A DNA stretch of 64,000 bases from Selaginella moellendorffii. Its lineage: Eukaryota; Plantae; Lycopodiophyta. The stretch covers positions 1,516,493-1,580,492 of the forward strand of contig NW_003314277.1 in NCBI RefSeq assembly GCF_000143415.4. Reading direction: 5' to 3'. Of this stretch, positions 58,821-64,000 are shown in pieces. The notes under the pieces were generated by a model that saw only the letters and a program-made list of their open reading frames with translations, searched no databases and was not told the DNA's origin. The translations under genes and the position numbers were made by a program. How positions within the stretch are numbered: the first letter of the stretch is position 1; each line of letters starts with the position of its first letter.

Positions 58821-61800
58821 TCAATGAATTCTTTACTATTTTAATTGTGATTTTAAGGGATCCTCTAGCCTATAACATTTCGGTGAGTTAGTTTTTTACA
58901 GACTTAAGCTTAAGTTGGATGTAGAATAAGGAGTAACACATGTTTTAGGTGGTTGTCTATACTTCTGACAACTATCCCTACTATAGAACCTTATATAAAT
59001 AAATATGGTAATGATGAAAATCATAATAAACTTGAGACTAAAGTCTAAATTTTCAATAACAATCACATCTAATATAGTGCACCTCAATTTATACGTATAT
59101 AGATTTGAATTTGGCCTTTATACTTAAGGATTACACAAAATAGTTATTTACTTAAATTTTAAAAAATTATTTAAATTGATTTTTTATTCTAAAAAGTCTT
59201 TGCTTTCAGTCAAAATAGTGAATTTAAAATTAAAATTTTGATACTTTTTATAATATTAATAATTTAATATTATATATTTTAACATTCTCAATCAAAACTA
59301 TTATTAGTATTTTTCTTGAGAGAATTTCAGCAATGCATCCCCAATTTCCTCACAAGTGCACGAGCACCAAACGCCATCACTATAACAAATACGCCACCAA
59401 CAATATATTTTTATACAGTTTCAGAAAACTTTATCAAGATAAAAGATTTATATGATTTCCATATTTATTTCTTGATATCCATTAAATAAAATAAAAATAT
59501 TTATTTATTAAAAAATTAATATATACATATATTATGAAAACGAATCAAAAGCCAACTACAAATCTTCATCAAATGAATCACCACTTTAGAATCGTTTTTG
59601 CCAAAGGAAAAGATCACTAAGATCCCAATGGTTTTTCCATTATTAAAGGAATAAATTAAAATTTATGACCTGGGGAGAAAATACACTTTCATTAATGAGC
59701 TTTGCTACTAAAGAGTCATTGAATTATATGTCCTAGTTTCTTTTTTATGAGTTAGAAAGTTTTAAATGTGACAATACCACAAAAAGATTTTTTTTACTTA
59801 GTTAGGGTTCTATATGCTTTTATTAGGATTTTATGTGGATAAAATAGTGTGGTCAGGACATTATCTGAGGTGAGAATTGATGCTAAAGTAAAAGAATACA
59901 AGATTTGGATCTAAGGATGTGTAAAGTTACAATTCTAGGGTTATTGTACATAAGTTTTAAGTTTCAAATAGGTCAAAAAATAATAAATTTAATAATCCTA
60001 GCCATTCAAAATTATTGAGTGAATAAATAATATAAAATATAAACTAAAGCTTTTAGAAAGTATGCATGTGCAAATTTGAAGGACTTAATTAAGAGTAAAA
60101 TTATTTTGAATGTGGTCCAGTAAAAAAATTATAATTTTTTATTCAGTTTTCTTATAATAAAAAATATTATAATATGGTAATACTTATAATCATGATAAAT
60201 ATTATAAAGATAATAATATATAAATTATTAAATTAATTTATAAAAACTATTTAAGCCAAATTTTTTATTTATTTATTTTTGCTACATGCCCTTACCACTA
60301 TAATAGATAGCATGATGGATTAAAGGAGAAAAGATAACCAAAACTAAAAAGTATTTGATAAAATGACAAGTATATTGTATCAATATAGATAATATTTAAA
60401 TGGATTATAACTTTTTTTATATATTTATAAAAAAATTATGATAATCAAATGATGATTATGTGTTTAGTGGAGGTATATAGATGTTCTAGTGTAGTAAATA
60501 ATTCAATCATATTGGAATAGAATGTATGTTTAAATTATTTAAACGCATAATTCAGAAAATAATGTTGGTCGCAACTTTGTTATCAAGGTATATATAAACT
60601 TGGCTTATATATCAATATATGTTTAGTTTTTATACACATTAATACTAAATATTAATTCTTTATGTGCCATAATATTGTAATTCACATTAATTTATTTGCC
60701 ACATCAATGTAAATGTAAGTGATTAAATTTTCTATTTTACTTTAGTCACTTATCTACAGTTTAGGAATCTCATTCACAACCTTTATAAATCCTCATCCCA
60801 ACTTAGAGTCATTAATATGACTTTAAAGTTAGCTTCAAATTCACATTAACTCTACATATAGTTTAAATATTCCATGTGTCTAAATCCCACCTCAAACACT
60901 TAAAAGTATTAATAATATATCAACATTTTACACTAAAGCCATGTTCATTGTCACTATCTCATTAGTAATCCATTACCACAAACCCATCCCTCCAATCTAT
61001 TTTATGAATGGCCATCTTATGACCACTAATTAGCATATTTAGAATGCTTTAAGATGTAGAAAATCACTATCCTCCAATGTATTTTCCTTGATTCCACTAA
61101 ATTCCTTTCCAATTAAGATAATTCTCACTAATATTTGCCATGCTTGAAGACTTGTCTACTAAGTCATATTAACTTTTGAGATTTCCTCACCATATAACAA
61201 TTAGTGGAAGGATAGGTCATTAGGAACAAGCAATTGCAATTGCAATGATATATTGAATCCATTGAGCTTTGTGCATTAGTGCTTTTGGGAATTATACATT
61301 TAATTTACTTTCACCTATAAGAGTGAAAAGTTCACTTTAACTTTGGACTCCTTAATATTTATATCATTATCTATTGCATGAGTACAATAGCTTTTAGTCA
61401 CATTGACTCATGTAGAGTCCTCCCCCAATTATCTCATAAGGATTTACCAAACCCCTCAAGTTTTGGGAGATGATTACTTTAGGCTTCACTTTAGAGATAT
61501 ATCAGACTCCAAATATATTTTACCCTAAATATATTTGATATTTCACACACTTTGGGGAAGATGATTTTAACATTGTTCCACTTCTAGTCCTTGGGTTTAA
61601 TTTTTAAGTATTAATTATTTTTTTATCCCTTTCTTAAAACTACCATTTCATATTCACTCCTTAAATGTTTCTTTAGGAATTCCCTTCCCACTCTTGACTT
61701 TTTAAGTCAGAGCTTCATTTTGGATCTTTAGCTAGAAATAATTGTTATGACTCATGGAGTATGAGCTAAGTTCTTGAACTTGTCAAACATAGTTTTAAGC

Positions 61801-63173
61801 TTTTTAGTTTAAACTTCTTGGAACCCTTATTTATGAACACTTTCTCTATTATTGAATTCTAATAAATCTCTTTTTTTCCTTTTGATTGCTTTACACTTTC
61901 TTGCAAGTTCATGTTTTTGTAAATAGAATCTACCCATGGCTTTCTTAAGAAACCCTTTTTTTTTTTAATATATTCTACTACTTAGGTTTAGCTCAGGTAA
62001 AATAAATTAAATTGCTAAATCCTTGAGGCGAGAGAGCGGCGATCTCTTGTGACTTGCTGGGAAGACACCGCAGGTAATGACAATGCATCCCGGAAGAAGC
62101 AAGCGATTGCGCTAAGAACTCCTACATTATTGGCAAGCTAGGATACAATCAATCCTTTGCTTCTCTTCCTTTTCTTGCGAGATAGAGAAATGCTTCCTTC
62201 CTCTGGCAGATCAAGCAGAGCACCACGACGAGGTTTTATTGACCCACGAGCGCTGATGAAAATCATCGGCACAAAGATGGGTTTCATCTGAAGATCGTCT
62301 CAAGTAGGTTTAAAGTTCTTCCTACCATTGGGGTGCTAACGTATATAGTGTGATTCTTTTAGCCAACTAATAGAGTCAAATTTAAAACTTCTTTAATACT
62401 AGATATAAGCTCTTTACTTTGGACTTTTTAAAAATTCATTCATTTTAGTATTATTTAAATTAATAATCACATAGTTTTTATAATGTTAAAACCTTTAATC
62501 AGTTTGGAAAAAGGTGAACTTTTGTTCATACGCCATTTCCCTCTATTAGTAAACCTTGATAGGTCTTTCTTAGGTTTTTCTCTTTGGCTATTTACAATGG
62601 CCATTATACCTTTAATTGCATAGATATCCTGTAAATCATACAATTTAATAATTACTCCCTCTCCATATCTTCACTCAAGCTTTTGACTTTATATATGTTA
62701 TTGTTCTGCATACACAACTTGAGTGCATGTTGCAAATGAGGATATCAAACTTCCATTTCTTCCACTTGATAGCGTTGTAAACTTCTGAGATTTTGTCAAG
62801 CACACTAACATTGATATATTTGTTGATGAGGATGTTAAGAGTTATCTTTAATGGCTTTAAGCAATAGCTTATCATCTATGGCAAGTGTGACTTTTTTTGC
62901 TTGTCAATCAAGATTGTTGAAGAGAACTATATTTGGCTTGATTTCAACATTTTGAAAGAGTCATAAGATTGCCTAGTAGTCCCTAGCTCTTGAGTAATGG
63001 TTGTGATTACGCCAAACAAGACCAAGTTGGTTTTTTAGTTGTTCTTCTGCATTATTTGATAGAGATCTATGGTTTGTTCTAATGCTACTCTATCTCAATC
63101 TTAGGGCAAGTGCCAAAGAAGCATTTAAGCAAGTCCAAGACTCTATGATAAATAATTTTTTAAATTTATTTTT

Positions 63174-63175
<2 letters not shown>

Positions 63176-63237
<62 letters not shown>
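63176..63237. repeat. (TA)n microsatellite
   Basis: Direct read. Confidence 0.95.
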
Positions 63238-63240
<3 letters not shown>

Positions 63241-64000
63241 TCTCAATATATTCAAATTAATTACTGTAAACTATAATGTTAAATTAGTAATAAATTATTG
63301 AGCTTTGCAGCAGAACTTCATTTGTGTGCCATTATTTGTTTCAATTCTTGTTTAATCATACTGTAGTATATTTTTTATTAATTCAATCCAGATCTTATCA
63401 TTGAATAAAATAATCAAAATCTCATTAATCATTAATTTCAGAAAATAGTGTTAACTGTCAATATATTATAAACATGTATATAATTTATAAACACAAGATT
63501 AATCTCTTCTTTGAGAATTTGCATTTGGTATTCATATACAACATTGCTTTCTTTCTGCTAATTATACACAATCTACAACTCCCACGTCAGGTGAAATTCC
63601 AAAATCAAGACACATAGATCATAAAAACAGCAGGTCTGACTGATCGATCCAGATATCCTTCAATTGATAGGCACACATTCATGTCCATATTTCTCCTCGA
63701 GTTTTAGTCACTTCACCTATAGACAAAGTATTTGACGAGGCAAAGTCAGTTTAAAAATAAGCCAAAGCTCAAAATCGTTTTATTTTTAATTAGCCTTTAC
63801 GCTCTAGGGTTTTGGGACTGGCTTGCTTGAAGAATGCTTCACGAGCTCCTGCTAGCGCTGGTCGGATGCACTGGCGATGTGTTCATCGATGCTGACGAGG
63901 AGGATCGGCGCCTTGGATTCAAGGACGGTAGCAGGCACTACGCACAGGATGATCCTGACGGGGCGAGCAGCGATGAATGTACGTTCCGGATTGCGCCGGA

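Overview
Eukaryotic plant nuclear DNA, most likely a lycophyte (Selaginella-like). This is inferred from introns of about 45-80 nt, very tight gene spacing, several intronless PLS/E-class PPR genes and Crinkler-like relics. A gene-dense core contains: LCYB (5' part), PPR, TERT head-to-head with Twinkle primase-helicase, an AT-rich bulb-type lectin ORF, PPR, SPC24, apyrase head-to-head with SKI2, a CYP71-clan P450, a LEA-like gene, a mitochondrial carrier, AP2/ERF, a HemN/HemW radical SAM gene, tRNA-Pro(UGG), PPR, a DnaJ-ferredoxin gene, an RtcA-type RNA cyclase and an RRM/zinc-knuckle gene. Interspersed are a complete but defective Ty3/gypsy element, a truncated second gypsy pol, pseudogene debris and long AT-rich tracts. 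The most unusual signals are: (1) a perfect 46-nt GT-AG intron inside a gypsy integrase core motif; (2) a U12-type intron and a GC-AG intron in TERT; (3) an AT-AC intron with a U2-like donor in SPC24; (4) a structured TERT/Twinkle bidirectional promoter with A-box, telomere-template-like motif, palindrome, B-box and T6 terminator; (5) a -1 frameshift signal, tRNA-Ala PBS and 4-bp TSD in the first gypsy element; (6) an intronless class-I RtcA and an extremely AT-rich secreted lectin gene. Exon structures were read by eye and no database search was run.
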